The notes: generated from the sequence alone by a model not told the origin. A DNA stretch of 64,000 nucleotides from Verrucomicrobiales bacterium (GCA_005809105.1 SYLI01000018.1:195-64194), one strand, 5' to 3'. Positions 1-9,514 are shown, numbered from the stretch's first letter. Program-made: numbers and translations.

Positions 1-2
1 AG

Positions 3-422
3 ATGCAAAGCCGTCGCTTCGACACGGCTGACGAGACCAAAGTGATCGTGGCAGCCGCGGGATTGCTTCAAGATCTTGGATTCAATATTGACGAAAGCGA
101 AACCAAGTTGGGACTCGTGGTCGGATCCAAAGCGCGTACAGCAGTCGAGGGAGGGCAGGTCGTAGCCAAGGTGTTGATCGCCGCCATTTTTCAGGCGAGT
201 ATGGCCATTGAAAAAGAGCAGCGAATCAGGGCTTCCATCGTCACCAAGAAAATTGGGGACGTTGGCAAAGAGCAAATCGTGGTGCGGGTCACCTTCCAGC
301 GAATTGTATGGGACGAGAATAACGAGATTTCGAGACTTGAGGCATTGGTCGATCCTAAACAGTTTCAGGAGTTTTTTGCGGCGCTCTCAAAGGCGCTTTT
401 TCTCAATGCAAATGATATCTAA
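3..422 (+). CDS. Hypothetical protein, 5'-truncated by the window edge; paralog of the downstream lipoprotein
   Basis: The ORF is open to the window start. It aligns by eye with the C-terminal ~105 residues of ORF 429..845 (RRFDTADETK vs RAFDTTDREK; LQDLGF in both; shared C-terminal ...QEFF/QDFF..SKA.FL.A). I recognise no family. Confidence 0.5.
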   Translation: MQSRRFDTADETKVIVAAAGLLQDLGFNIDESETKLGLVVGSKARTAVEGGQVVAKVLIAAIFQASMAIEKEQRIRASIVTKKIGDVGKEQIVVRVTFQRIVWDENNEISRLEALVDPKQFQEFFAALSKALFLNANDI

Positions 423-428
423 TCTGCT

Positions 429-845
429 ATGAAAATCAGAAATATTGTAGCCGGGTCCTTGCTGCTCCTCGTCATGGGATGCCAGACATCTGAACAAGAG
501 CTCTTGAAGACCGACAAGAGTCAGGTGGAATTGCGTCGCATGCAAACACGGGCATTTGATACGACGGATCGGGAAAAAACCCTTCGGACTATCATCGCCA
601 CTTTGCAAGATCTCGGATTCGTGGTGGACAAGGCCGACGCCACACTGGGCAGTGTGACTGCGACCAAGTTGAGCGGCTATAATCTGATTATGACGGTGAC
701 CGTGAGGCCTAGAGGTGACAAGCAGCTTTTGGTGCGGTCCAGTGCTCAATTCAACATCCAAGCCGTTTCCGACCCAAAGCCTTATCAGGACTTCTTCACA
801 TCATTTAGTAAGGCGATGTTCTTGGAAGCTCATCAGGTGGATTAG
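429..845 (+). CDS. Small lipoprotein (hypothetical), tandem paralog of the upstream ORF
   Basis: Signal peptide with lipobox (LLLLVMG-C). 138 aa, starting 6 nt after the upstream paralog. G+C is lower than the flanks (lines 61-120 and 361-420 counted at ~42-43%). Confidence 0.6.
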   Translation: MKIRNIVAGSLLLLVMGCQTSEQELLKTDKSQVELRRMQTRAFDTTDREKTLRTIIATLQDLGFVVDKADATLGSVTATKLSGYNLIMTVTVRPRGDKQLLVRSSAQFNIQAVSDPKPYQDFFTSFSKAMFLEAHQVD

Positions 846-944
846 CCTCTCTCGCTGGAGCCGCCACGCATGGCCGGTTTCGGAAGGAGCTTCGTGAGTG
901 GCGCGGCTTCTTGGCGTAACGCAGTCTGCCTTATTTCAGACGGG

Positions 945-2477
945 TTAGAGATCGCGCAGCAATGCTTGCGCGGCGTCCTCAAAGAGTTTCTGCCATTGGG
1001 GAGCAAGCAGGCAGTCGCTGTCTTCCTGCGCGCCGCCGCGGTTCTTGAGCTGCTCAGCCGTGGGACAGTAATAGAGGTAGCCATTGGAGTAACCCGCCAC
1101 GTAGGTCTGCTCGTGCGGTGAGGCGCGCTTGATGTTAAGGCCAATCTGCACGGTGAGTTCTCCGGGGAAGGTGATGAGCCGCATGTCGCCAATGCGCACG
1201 CCGAGCACCTCGGCGTCCAGAGTCTGCTTGCCAGCAGCCGTGTTCTGCGCGTGGTGCAGTTTGAGCAGCGCGAGATTGGTCTGCACACGGGTGAGTTCTT
1301 CCATGATGAGGATGTTGCGCGTGTAGGCCAGCAGCGCGGCGCGGTTCTCGGCATCGAGTTTGAGGAGGCCGTCCCGTCCCATCGCCTGCTCGTGCAGGTA
1401 GGAATGCGAATAGTAAGAGGGAAAATCAGTGGCCAGACTGTATTTCACCGCGAGGGGAAGGTAGGTCTTGAGGTTAAGCGACGTGCCCTTGAGCGATTGC
1501 AAGAGATTGGTCTGCTCGGCCTCAAGGCGGAGGATGTGCGGCGCCAGATCAGCGCGGGGCAACGCCAGATTCTGTGTCCGCACCTTGAGCGCGCCTTCGG
1601 CCCGCGGGGTGATTTGCTTTGCCGCCTTGAGCGTGCGCAATCCCAGCATCAGGCCCAGCGGCTCGGCGTCGCGCACGTGGTGCGTGGCCTTGTACATCAC
1701 CGGATTGATGTCGCCGCCGCACCCCTGCAGAAACAGCGCCACGGCGCCGTGGCCCAGCGTCTCTTCGATGGTACGCGAAGCAAAGCCCACGAAGTCGGCG
1801 GTGTTGCCCTTGCCCGGCACGCCCTGGATGGGATGGCACGCAAAGTTGTAAAGAAGGGCCAGCGTGCGCCCGTCCTCGCGGTCCACGCGCAGGATGCCAA
1901 TCTCCGGATCCACCGGGCCCACGCCGGCCACGGCGTCATCGGGCGGTAGCGAGTAGGCGTGGCGCACATCGGCTTCGCGGCCGCTTTTAAGGCGCAGCCG
2001 GCGATTCTCCATGATGCGATCCTCGTGGCCTGCGCCTGCGCCCACCCGCACGGGCACCATGTCCTTGAACGCGGCCAACACCGCCTGCACCGTGCGTGCC
2101 TCCACATCGGCGCACACAATGCCGTGGCAATGGCTGGCGTTCACCAGCACCTGTTCGGGCGGCAGTCCCAACTCCCGCTGCAATCGGGCGCGGACGTTTT
2201 TAAGGTAGTCGTTGCCAATGGGGCCGATGCCACCAATGGCCACGGCGTCCACCGTGATGAGGGCCGCCTGATTGGTTCCCTGCCGCAATGCCAGCACCTT
2301 GACATAAAGGGGGTCGTTCACCGGGCCGGCCTCCTTGTGGGTGACCTCCACTTTGGCAACGCCCGCCAAGAGCGGCTGCGCGATGGCGTTTGCGTGCGGG
2401 GTTGCAACCAGCGCCGCGCACAGCGAGAGAAGGGCGGCAAAAGCACGGTGCGCCCGGTGCGCCTGTGGGGTTTTCAT
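945..2477 (-). CDS. Secreted neutral/alkaline ceramidase-like hydrolase (family call tentative)
   Basis: Signal peptide (AALLSLCAALVATPHANA). NASHCHG motif in the N-terminal domain, with length and layout reminiscent of the neutral ceramidase fold. Start set at ATG 2477; the ORF extends to 2513. Confidence 0.5.
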   Translation of the reverse strand: MKTPQAHRAHRAFAALLSLCAALVATPHANAIAQPLLAGVAKVEVTHKEAGPVNDPLYVKVLALRQGTNQAALITVDAVAIGGIGPIGNDYLKNVRARLQRELGLPPEQVLVNASHCHGIVCADVEARTVQAVLAAFKDMVPVRVGAGAGHEDRIMENRRLRLKSGREADVRHAYSLPPDDAVAGVGPVDPEIGILRVDREDGRTLALLYNFACHPIQGVPGKGNTADFVGFASRTIEETLGHGAVALFLQGCGGDINPVMYKATHHVRDAEPLGLMLGLRTLKAAKQITPRAEGALKVRTQNLALPRADLAPHILRLEAEQTNLLQSLKGTSLNLKTYLPLAVKYSLATDFPSYYSHSYLHEQAMGRDGLLKLDAENRAALLAYTRNILIMEELTRVQTNLALLKLHHAQNTAAGKQTLDAEVLGVRIGDMRLITFPGELTVQIGLNIKRASPHEQTYVAGYSNGYLYYCPTAEQLKNRGGAQEDSDCLLAPQWQKLFEDAAQALLRDL

Positions 2478-2537
2478 GTGGCAAGCATCGCAAAGGTTTC
2501 CCGGTGCTGGCAACCGCGCAATGGGGATGGCCCTTTT

Positions 2538-3314
2538 TTAGACCGACGCGTCCGGCGCAGGGAGCAATCCCGCCGTGGTGAAGCCGCCGTCCACACACAG
2601 AACCTGGCCCGTGACGTAGCTTGAGCGCGCCTCATCGAGCAGGAAGAGCGCGGCTTGGGCCACCTCATCGGGCGTGCCGTACCGGCGCTGGGGGACGGTC
2701 TGGCTCCAGCTCGCGCGGATGGATGGGGTATGCAGGGCGCGCGCCAGCGGCGTGTCGATGGGCCCAGGCGCGATGGCGTTCACCCGCACACGCGCGGACG
2801 CCAATTCCACCGCCATCACCTTGGTGGTCATGATGACACCCGCCTTGGTGGAGCCGTAGGCCACGCGCCCGATGTTGCCGGTGACACCGGACACCGACGA
2901 GAGATTGACGATGGAACCGCCCCCGCGCCGCGCCATGAGCCGCGCGGCTTCGCGCGACACGACAAACGTGCCGATGAGGTTCACCTCGATGAGCTTTCGG
3001 AAGAGCGCGGTGGAGGTGTCCAGACAGGGCACGTCGGCGGCGATGCCTGCAGAATTCACCACGCCCGCGAGCCGCCCCCCTTGGGCCTCGCATCGCGCCA
3101 TGGCTGCTGTCACGGCCGTCTCGTCCGTCACGTCCAGCGTTTCAAATCTCACCAGCTCACCGTGGGCCCGCAATTCCTCGCGCGCCTGATCGAGGTTGCC
3201 CGGATGCGCGTCGGCCACCACGGTGTGCCAGCCTTGGGAGAGCGTCGCGCGTGCGATGGCCAGGCCAATCCCCGACGCGCCGCCGGTGATGAAGATCGTT
3301 TTGGTTTCAGTCAT
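2538..3314 (-). CDS. SDR family oxidoreductase
   Basis: TGGASGIGLA Rossmann motif, NSAG, catalytic YGSTK (Y-x3-K), PGPIDTP. 4-nt ATGA overlap with the upstream gene 3311..4951 (its stop lies inside this start codon). Confidence 0.85.
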   Translation of the reverse strand: MTETKTIFITGGASGIGLAIARATLSQGWHTVVADAHPGNLDQAREELRAHGELVRFETLDVTDETAVTAAMARCEAQGGRLAGVVNSAGIAADVPCLDTSTALFRKLIEVNLIGTFVVSREAARLMARRGGGSIVNLSSVSGVTGNIGRVAYGSTKAGVIMTTKVMAVELASARVRVNAIAPGPIDTPLARALHTPSIRASWSQTVPQRRYGTPDEVAQAALFLLDEARSSYVTGQVLCVDGGFTTAGLLPAPDASV

Positions 3315-4951
3315 GATTTGCGTCGCCCCACGCGCTGCGGGGGCTTGAGGAATTGTTCAAACACATTGCGCGTGATGCGCGAAATGGCCTTGTCCACAAG
3401 GATCGAGCTGGGCCATGCGATGGATCCGGCGGAAAACACGCCGCCCCCCAAGGGCGTCTCGAAATGCGTGACCTCGGCGCCGCCGTCTGCCGCGTTCGTG
3501 CCGCGAGCAAGTACGCGTGCGTTGGCGGGCGAGCTTGGCGACACCTTGTCGGTCTCGTGCGCCGAGGCGCCGCCCGGACAGCGTCGGTGCAGGCTCTTTG
3601 TGCCAAAGAGGGCGCCCTTGCGCAGGCCGGTTCCGCGAAAGGCCCAGTGCGAAGGATCCACCACGCGAAAGGGCGCGCCGGTCATGGCGCCAGCTTCGGT
3701 GAACACCACGCCGAGCAAGCGGGCCTCCGACTCGACGTTGAGATGAAAGCGGCTCTCCAGCCCGCGCGCCTCGATGACGCGGCAGTCGCCGTTGCGCACC
3801 TCCATGGTGGAAGCGTCGGGAAACTTCACTTCGCAGTTGAGGCCATTGCCGCCCAAGTACACCAGCCTGCCGCCCTCCTCAAACACCCACCGCTTGACGC
3901 GTATGTACATGGCGCGCGACCAATACTCCGGATGAGTGCTGAGCACCAGCACGCGGTAGCGCGAGAGGTCCAGCGTGCCCCCGTGCAGCTGGGTTTCAGC
4001 GTAGAAGTCGTATGCGATTTTCTCACGCTCCAGCCAGCCCAAGAGTCGCCATTCGGCCGCCGCAACATGGCAGGCGGCACGGCCCTCGATGGGATCCGTG
4101 ATGGCGGTTGCAAGGTCGATGTGGTTGATGGGCTCGGGCCGGTCAAACGAAAGGGGCGCGTACGATTCGCAGTCGTAGAACCGGTGGTCGGGATCGGTGT
4201 AGCGCTTTAGGTCGAGGCGGCTGTTGACGGTCGGACGCGCGGGCAGGGCGTCGGCGTTGATGTAGTTGCTGCGCCCGCCAAACGCGTTGTACGCGTTCCA
4301 GGTGATGTTGGACGCCAGCACTGCGACGGGTGCCGTGGGTTGAGCCGGCGCCACAATCCACGGAAATGAGAAGCACGCGCCGCCGGGGGTGCGCGCGTGA
4401 AAATAATAGAGGCCGCTGCGCGCAGGCGCCTCAACAAACTGCCGGTGGACGGCGTTATTGTTGTAGCCGCGCTGATTCCATGCCGCGCCCGTGCGCGTGT
4501 AGTCGCCATCAGGCGTCACCTGCGCCGTCGCCTGCGGGCCATGTTCGTCCCACCAGCCCAGTCCGCGAATGAGCTCCTTCTTCCAGCCGTATCGCCACAA
4601 TTCGAGATGGTAGGGTTCCGCGGAATGGACACGGAACTCCGAGGACTCGCCGGCATGCACCCACTTGGGCCATGCGTAACCGTAGAGCGTGTTGGAGAGC
4701 AGCCGGAACTGCGCTGGCGGCTGGCCCGGCTTAAAATCAAGAGTGATGGTCTTGGCACCGAAGCCGGCCTTGTGAAAGGTGATGCGGTGCGGGCCTGGCT
4801 TGAGCGCTGCGTAGATGGCGCCGGTGGCGCGCGAGGTGGTCTCGAACGAGCCTTCCGCCGTTTCAATCTCCACGAGCGTGGCGGGCAGGGCAACGAAACG
4901 CTCGTCGCTGACAAAGCCGACCAGCTGGGTTGCGGGAGAGAAACCATTCAT
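3311..4951 (-). CDS. N,N-dimethylformamidase beta-subunit-like domain protein
   Basis: Motifs LASNITWNAYNAFGGRSNY and STHPEYWS...VYLGGNG, which I associate with the DMFase large-subunit-like family. Function unknown. Confidence 0.55.
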   Translation of the reverse strand: MNGFSPATQLVGFVSDERFVALPATLVEIETAEGSFETTSRATGAIYAALKPGPHRITFHKAGFGAKTITLDFKPGQPPAQFRLLSNTLYGYAWPKWVHAGESSEFRVHSAEPYHLELWRYGWKKELIRGLGWWDEHGPQATAQVTPDGDYTRTGAAWNQRGYNNNAVHRQFVEAPARSGLYYFHARTPGGACFSFPWIVAPAQPTAPVAVLASNITWNAYNAFGGRSNYINADALPARPTVNSRLDLKRYTDPDHRFYDCESYAPLSFDRPEPINHIDLATAITDPIEGRAACHVAAAEWRLLGWLEREKIAYDFYAETQLHGGTLDLSRYRVLVLSTHPEYWSRAMYIRVKRWVFEEGGRLVYLGGNGLNCEVKFPDASTMEVRNGDCRVIEARGLESRFHLNVESEARLLGVVFTEAGAMTGAPFRVVDPSHWAFRGTGLRKGALFGTKSLHRRCPGGASAHETDKVSPSSPANARVLARGTNAADGGAEVTHFETPLGGGVFSAGSIAWPSSILVDKAISRITRNVFEQFLKPPQRVGRRKS

Positions 4952-4957
4952 GATGTT

Positions 4958-6271
4958 TTAAGACTCGATACCGGGGGCGCGCGGCGTCGGCGGCCCATCC
5001 GGCTCCAGTTTTTTTGCAGGGTCCACAAACCACCAGCAGAGAGCCGCGACACAGAGCACGCCTGCCGCGATGAGAAAGAAGGGATCGAATTGGTCGCGCC
5101 CGGTGAAGCCCTGGGCCTTGCGCCAGTCGGCAAACCGGCCGAAGAGCACCAGTGACGTGACGGCGCCGAGCAATCCGGCCGCACCGTTGAGAAGGCCAAA
5201 CACCGAGCCCACATGCCGGCCGGTGACCTCGATCGTGGTGATCCACCACACCGGCATCATATGGTTCATCGCCAGATAGCCCAGCGCGATCACCAAAGTC
5301 GCCGTCCACGCGTCCTCGATGCGCGTGCTCGCCGCCAGCGCCACGGCCGCAAAGAGGAGCAGCGGAAGGCCGCAGCGTGCAGGCCGCGCACCGCGCCGGT
5401 GCAACATGTCGTGCAGCCGCCCGCCTGCGAGCATCCCCACGGCGCCCGCAGCCAGCAGCACCGAAGCCATCCAGCTCGAAGGATCCGCGCCCACCCCGCG
5501 CCCTTCCTGAAGATACTTGGGAAACCAGCCAAAGAAGATGTAGGAGGTGAAGCTCGAGCAGGCGAGGATCGACACCAGCAGCAGCAGGTTGGTGGACTGG
5601 AAAATCCGGCGCCACGGGATGGGGTCGCGCGTGGTGCCCGCGCCCGGGCTGCCGATGATGTCCCGCTCGAGGCGGTTCACGCTGGGATGTTCGCCGGGGG
5701 TTTCGCGGAACCATCTCCAGAAGGCCCAAGCCCACAGCACGCCGGCCGCGCCAAACACCACGAAGGTGCGCCGCCAGCCCAGCGCGTTGATGCACACTTG
5801 CGCCAGCGACGGCGCCACGGCGCCTCCCAGCAGCGACGCGGCAAGCATGACGCCCTGCACGCGCCCGCGTTCGCCGGCTGCGAACCATCGCGAGATGACG
5901 CGGGCGGCGTTGGGATAGGCGCCCGCCTCGCCGGCACCAAAGAGAAAGCGCGTCGCCAGCAGCGAGGCAAATCCCCCCACTGCGCCTGTCAACGCCGTGA
6001 AGGCCGACCACCACACCACGATGCGCGTGAGGACGCCTCGGGCGCCGTGGCGGTCGCCCAGCCGCCCGGCGGGAAGCTCGCACACCGAGTAGGCAAGCGT
6101 GAATGCCGCCAGCACCCAACCCCAGCGCGTGTTGCTGATGTGCAGCTCGTCCTGAATGGGCTTGGCGGCCTGCGCGATGCAGATGCGATCCAGATAAAGC
6201 AGAAACGAAAGTCCGCACAGCAACCCCAGCAGCACGAAGCGCGCGCGCGTGGGTTGGGGGGGCGGTTGCAT
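4958..6271 (-). CDS. MFS transporter (anion:cation symporter-like)
   Basis: Polytopic hydrophobic profile. LYLDR... N-terminal helix and the AGRLGDRHGARGV loop typical of MFS/ACS carriers. Start at ATG 6271; the ORF extends to 6319. Confidence 0.8.
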   Translation of the reverse strand: MQPPPQPTRARFVLLGLLCGLSFLLYLDRICIAQAAKPIQDELHISNTRWGWVLAAFTLAYSVCELPAGRLGDRHGARGVLTRIVVWWSAFTALTGAVGGFASLLATRFLFGAGEAGAYPNAARVISRWFAAGERGRVQGVMLAASLLGGAVAPSLAQVCINALGWRRTFVVFGAAGVLWAWAFWRWFRETPGEHPSVNRLERDIIGSPGAGTTRDPIPWRRIFQSTNLLLLVSILACSSFTSYIFFGWFPKYLQEGRGVGADPSSWMASVLLAAGAVGMLAGGRLHDMLHRRGARPARCGLPLLLFAAVALAASTRIEDAWTATLVIALGYLAMNHMMPVWWITTIEVTGRHVGSVFGLLNGAAGLLGAVTSLVLFGRFADWRKAQGFTGRDQFDPFFLIAAGVLCVAALCWWFVDPAKKLEPDGPPTPRAPGIES

Positions 6272-6293
6272 CGCGCGCGGGCAAGGCTGCGCA

Positions 6294-7412
6294 CTAGCGG
6301 TCCACGCGGCGGCGCGCAAGTTCCGCCTCGTCCAGTTCCACGCCCAACCCCGGCCCGTCGGGAATGCGCGCGGCGCGTGGGCCCAAGGTGAGCGGCTCCT
6401 TGAGCAGACACGTCTCGTGGTAGAGCGGGCCTATGATGTCGGCGGGCCATTGCTCCGAGCGAATGTCCGTTAGCGCCGCAGCCGCGTGCAACATGGCCGC
6501 CGTGCCGATGCCCAGCTCCAGATTGCTACCCATGCAACACGAAAGCCCCGCCGCGCGCGCCGTGTGCACGGCCTCGGCCGTGGCAGCGATGCCACCGTTC
6601 TTGCCAGGGTACACGCTCACGATGTCGACCGCGCGGTGGGTGGCCAGATGCCACGCCTGCGCCGCGTGGAAGGCGCTCTCATCGGCCATCAGCGGAGTCG
6701 TGGTGACCCGGCGCAGTTGCGTCCACGCAGCCGGGTCGTCCACGGGAATGGGCTGTTCGATGAAGAGCAGATGGTGCGCGTCCAGTCGGGGAATCGTGCG
6801 CCGGGCCGTTGCGACGCTCCAGCCGCAGTTGCCGTCCACGCCGATGGGAATGCGCTCGCCCGCCACGGCGCGCACCGCGGCAACCCGCGCGAGGTCGCCC
6901 TCGGCATCCAGCCCCACCTTGACTTTGAGCGCACTCACGCCCCACGAAAGGAATCGCTCGGCCAGCTTCACGGCCGCGGGCGGATCAAACGCGCCGATCA
7001 TGAGTTTAATCGGAACCTCCTCGCGCACCTTGCCGCCCAAGAGCGCCCACACAGGCTGGCCCAGCGACTTGCCCAGAATATCCCACAGCGCCATCTCGAT
7101 GGCGGCCTTGGTGAAGGGGTTGAGTTTAAGAAGAAAATCCATCCGGGCGCGGACGGTGTGGATGCGCGTGGGATCCATGCCCTTGAGCGCGGGGGCGAGC
7201 AGGTCGCGGATGGCCGCCACCGTACCGCCGCTGGTTTCGCCGCTCCACAACGCCGAGACCGTGGCCTCTCCCAAGCCCGTGAGGCCCTCATCCGTGTGCA
7301 CCTTCACGATGACGTAAGAGGAGACCGCGTGCTCGCCATGCGCCGTGCGCGTGGTCAGCCCCGCCTTCAACGGGACGCAGACAGGAATGGCGTCAATCGC
7401 AGTGATTTTCAT
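6294..7412 (-). CDS. Enolase-superfamily enzyme (mandelate racemase/muconate lactonizing family)
   Basis: LKVKVG (KxK), VDGNCGW, FIEQP and MADES metal/catalytic motifs. N-terminal capping domain with GLGEA. Confidence 0.8.
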   Translation of the reverse strand: MKITAIDAIPVCVPLKAGLTTRTAHGEHAVSSYVIVKVHTDEGLTGLGEATVSALWSGETSGGTVAAIRDLLAPALKGMDPTRIHTVRARMDFLLKLNPFTKAAIEMALWDILGKSLGQPVWALLGGKVREEVPIKLMIGAFDPPAAVKLAERFLSWGVSALKVKVGLDAEGDLARVAAVRAVAGERIPIGVDGNCGWSVATARRTIPRLDAHHLLFIEQPIPVDDPAAWTQLRRVTTTPLMADESAFHAAQAWHLATHRAVDIVSVYPGKNGGIAATAEAVHTARAAGLSCCMGSNLELGIGTAAMLHAAAALTDIRSEQWPADIIGPLYHETCLLKEPLTLGPRAARIPDGPGLGVELDEAELARRRVDR

Positions 7413-7753
7413 GCACGCTAAAGCGGGTGGTTGAGCAAGAGAAGTACCCCAAGGCCACCGCCCCAGTCAAAATGTTCCACAGTGAGGTGGGGGAGGGGTG
7501 CGGAGGTCGCGGCTTCACCTTTCCAGCCGCCAGCCGGAGGGATCGGCCGTGAGGCGGGTATATCCCTTGTGCTTCGCGTAGAGGGTGTGCATCGCCTCGA
7601 TGTTGTCGAAGAAACCCAAGATGTGGGCGGCACTGAACGATCCGCCTGCCTTCACCGGACGGCCGTGGATTTGCATCGAAGTGAGAAGCAGGGTGGCGCA
7701 CCGTGCTGCTCAAAGAGGTTGGCAAAGGAGGGCCAACACCGTTCAATGGGGCC

Positions 7754-8779
7754 ATGAATCCCACCCTTGCGTCCTTCATTTCACTGCTGCTCCTCGCGGG
7801 ATGGACCGCCGCCCCTTGCAGGGGGGCAATCAGTGCCGTCCGCAGGACTGCCCCGGCGCAGCCGGTGCCCGCCGCAGGCGCAGCGCAGCGAGCGCCCACT
7901 CACGCCAACGTGGCCTACGGCAAGCACGAGCGGCAGGTCTTGGATTTCTACAAGGCCAAGTCCGACAAACCCGCGCCCGTGGTGTTTTACATTCATGGCG
8001 GTGGCTGGGTGTCCGGCGACAAGGCGCGGGTCGGCGGGCTCGAATCATTTCTGGCGGCGGGCCTTTCCGTGGTGTCCATCAATTACCGGTACTCGACCCA
8101 GGCGCATTTGGCCGGTGTGAAGCCGCCCGTGCAATGGCCGCTGGCCGATGCGGCGCGGGCGCTGCAATTTGTCCGAAGCAAGGCCACGGAATGGAACTTG
8201 GACAAGCAGCGCATCGGCGCCACTGGCGGCAGTGCGGGCGCGTGCTCGAGCCTTTGGCTGGCGTTTCATGACGACATGGCCGATGCCAAGAGTGCGGATC
8301 CCATCGCGCGCGAGTCCACGCGCCTGTGGTGCGCCGCCGTGCAGGGTGCGCAGACGTCGCTTGACCCCCAACAGCTCAAGGAGTGGACGCCCAACAGCCG
8401 CTATGGCGGACATGCGTTTGGGTTCATGCCCGACCCCAAGGACACCAAGACGCGCGACACGCAGTTTGCGGCTTTCCTGGCCGCGCGCGAAGAGGTGCTG
8501 CCGTGGATCAAGATGTACTCGCCCTACGAACACGTGTCGGCCGGCGATCCTCCGGTGTATCTGCACTACTCCGCGCCGCCCGCCTTGGGCCAGGAACAAA
8601 AGGACCCCACCCACACGGCCAACTACGGCGTGAAGCTGGAGGAGAAGTGCAAGGCCACGGGCCTCGAATGCGAACTGGTCTATCCAGGCGCGCCGCGCGT
8701 GAAGCACGCTAACCTCGTGGACTATCTGGTCGCAACGCTCAAGGGGCCGCACCCCCGGCAACCGGCTGCGCCGCGGTAA
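7754..8779 (+). CDS. Alpha/beta hydrolase (esterase/lipase type)
   Basis: HGGGW oxyanion motif and GGSAGA nucleophile elbow. The start is uncertain: ATG 7754 gives a signal-peptide-like N-terminus, and GTG 7864 is an alternative lying downstream of the hairpin motif at 7812. Confidence 0.75.
   Translation: MNPTLASFISLLLLAGWTAAPCRGAISAVRRTAPAQPVPAAGAAQRAPTHANVAYGKHERQVLDFYKAKSDKPAPVVFYIHGGGWVSGDKARVGGLESFLAAGLSVVSINYRYSTQAHLAGVKPPVQWPLADAARALQFVRSKATEWNLDKQRIGATGGSAGACSSLWLAFHDDMADAKSADPIARESTRLWCAAVQGAQTSLDPQQLKEWTPNSRYGGHAFGFMPDPKDTKTRDTQFAAFLAAREEVLPWIKMYSPYEHVSAGDPPVYLHYSAPPALGQEQKDPTHTANYGVKLEEKCKATGLECELVYPGAPRVKHANLVDYLVATLKGPHPRQPAAPR
7812..7833 (+). repeat. Hairpin + GCAATCA motif, copy 1
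   Basis: CCCCT-TGC-AGGGG stem-loop followed by GGCAATCAG. Confidence 0.7.
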
Positions 8780-8781
8780 CA

Positions 8782-8820
8782 CCCCCTGCGGGGAGCACCT
8801 GCGGTGCGGCAATCAACATT
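8782..8820 (+). repeat. Hairpin + GCAATCA motif, copy 2 (double hairpin)
   Basis: CCCC-(C)TGC-GGGG, then GCACC-TGC-GGTGC, then GGCAATCAACATT. Begins 3 nt after the hydrolase stop codon. Confidence 0.7.
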
Positions 8821-8873
8821 TTGGCATCCGCCGGAATGTCTGTCTTGAGCGCGATCCGACCCTGATCGTCCTC

Positions 8874-8993
8874 GGATCAGCCTGTTCCGCCCGTGGATCA
8901 GCCTGTTATTGCCCCGGCGCAGCCGGTTCCGTCCGTGGATCAGGCTGTTATTGCCCCGGCGCAGCCGGTTCCGTCCGTGGATCAGGCTGTTCC
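8874..8993 (+). repeat. Tandem direct repeat: two complete 42-bp units (8893-8934, 8935-8976; 1 mismatch) with partial units on both sides; underlying 21-bp periodicity CAGSCKGTT-N12
   Basis: Read directly: GTGGATCAG(C/G)CTGTTATTGCCCCGGCGCAGCCGGTTCCGTCC x2, preceded by GGATCAGCCTGTTCCGCCC and followed by GTGGATCAGGCTGTTCC. Confidence 0.9.
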
Positions 8994-9231
8994 ATTGGCA
9001 AAGATCTGTTATGGCCGGGAATTTGAGACTAAGACGTCATGGTTCAATACGTCATGGCTCACAAAACTTTATTTAGTCTCTCTTGTTGCCATGCTCGCGT
9101 CGCTCACCAAGCACTGGTTATTCATTACTCTTGCCGTCGCCGGCTCCGCATACGTCTTGCTTCAAAAGAAAACGCATACGCTGATGCTGGGTGTGGACGG
9201 GAAAAAAAATGGCATGGCGCAGCCACGATAG
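8893..9231 (+). CDS. Hypothetical small membrane protein with an N-terminal 7-residue repeat
   Basis: GTG-initiated ORF. The N-terminus is encoded by the 42-bp tandem repeat (QPVPSVD/QAVIAPA alternation), followed by two hydrophobic helices. The segment is low in G+C. Coding status is uncertain. Confidence 0.3.
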   Translation: MDQPVIAPAQPVPSVDQAVIAPAQPVPSVDQAVPLAKICYGREFETKTSWFNTSWLTKLYLVSLVAMLASLTKHWLFITLAVAGSAYVLLQKKTHTLMLGVDGKKNGMAQPR

Positions 9232-9514
9232 CGACTTCATCAGTCGTGTTGTCCAAGCGCTTTCCCAGGCGATTGCCGCATCTGGCGGCGGACAAATATG
9301 TAAGGAGTGTGGTTCCATTGGTCTTCCTGTCCTTCATATGAAGGGAAGCGATAAGATTCAGACAATTCTCTGGTGGTTCGCGATCGTCCCCGGCCTTCTT
9401 TACCGGCAGTGGCGACTCGATTCATGCAAAGTGGTTTGTGGCTTTTGTGGAGGGAAGTTGGTGCTGGTTCGATCACATCGAGGTCAGCATTTGTGCCGCA
9501 CCTATCGCGGATGA
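9209..9514 (+). CDS. Small membrane protein with a split zinc ribbon (CxxC - hydrophobic helix - CxxC)
   Basis: ATG 9209. CKEC ... ILWWFAIVPGLLYRQWR ... CGFCGG. The LW..(I/V)PG(L/I)(L/I)Y..WR helix between two Cys knuckles is a pattern I recall from a widespread uncharacterised bacterial/phage family. Confidence 0.5.
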   Translation: MAWRSHDSDFISRVVQALSQAIAASGGGQICKECGSIGLPVLHMKGSDKIQTILWWFAIVPGLLYRQWRLDSCKVVCGFCGGKLVLVRSHRGQHLCRTYRG

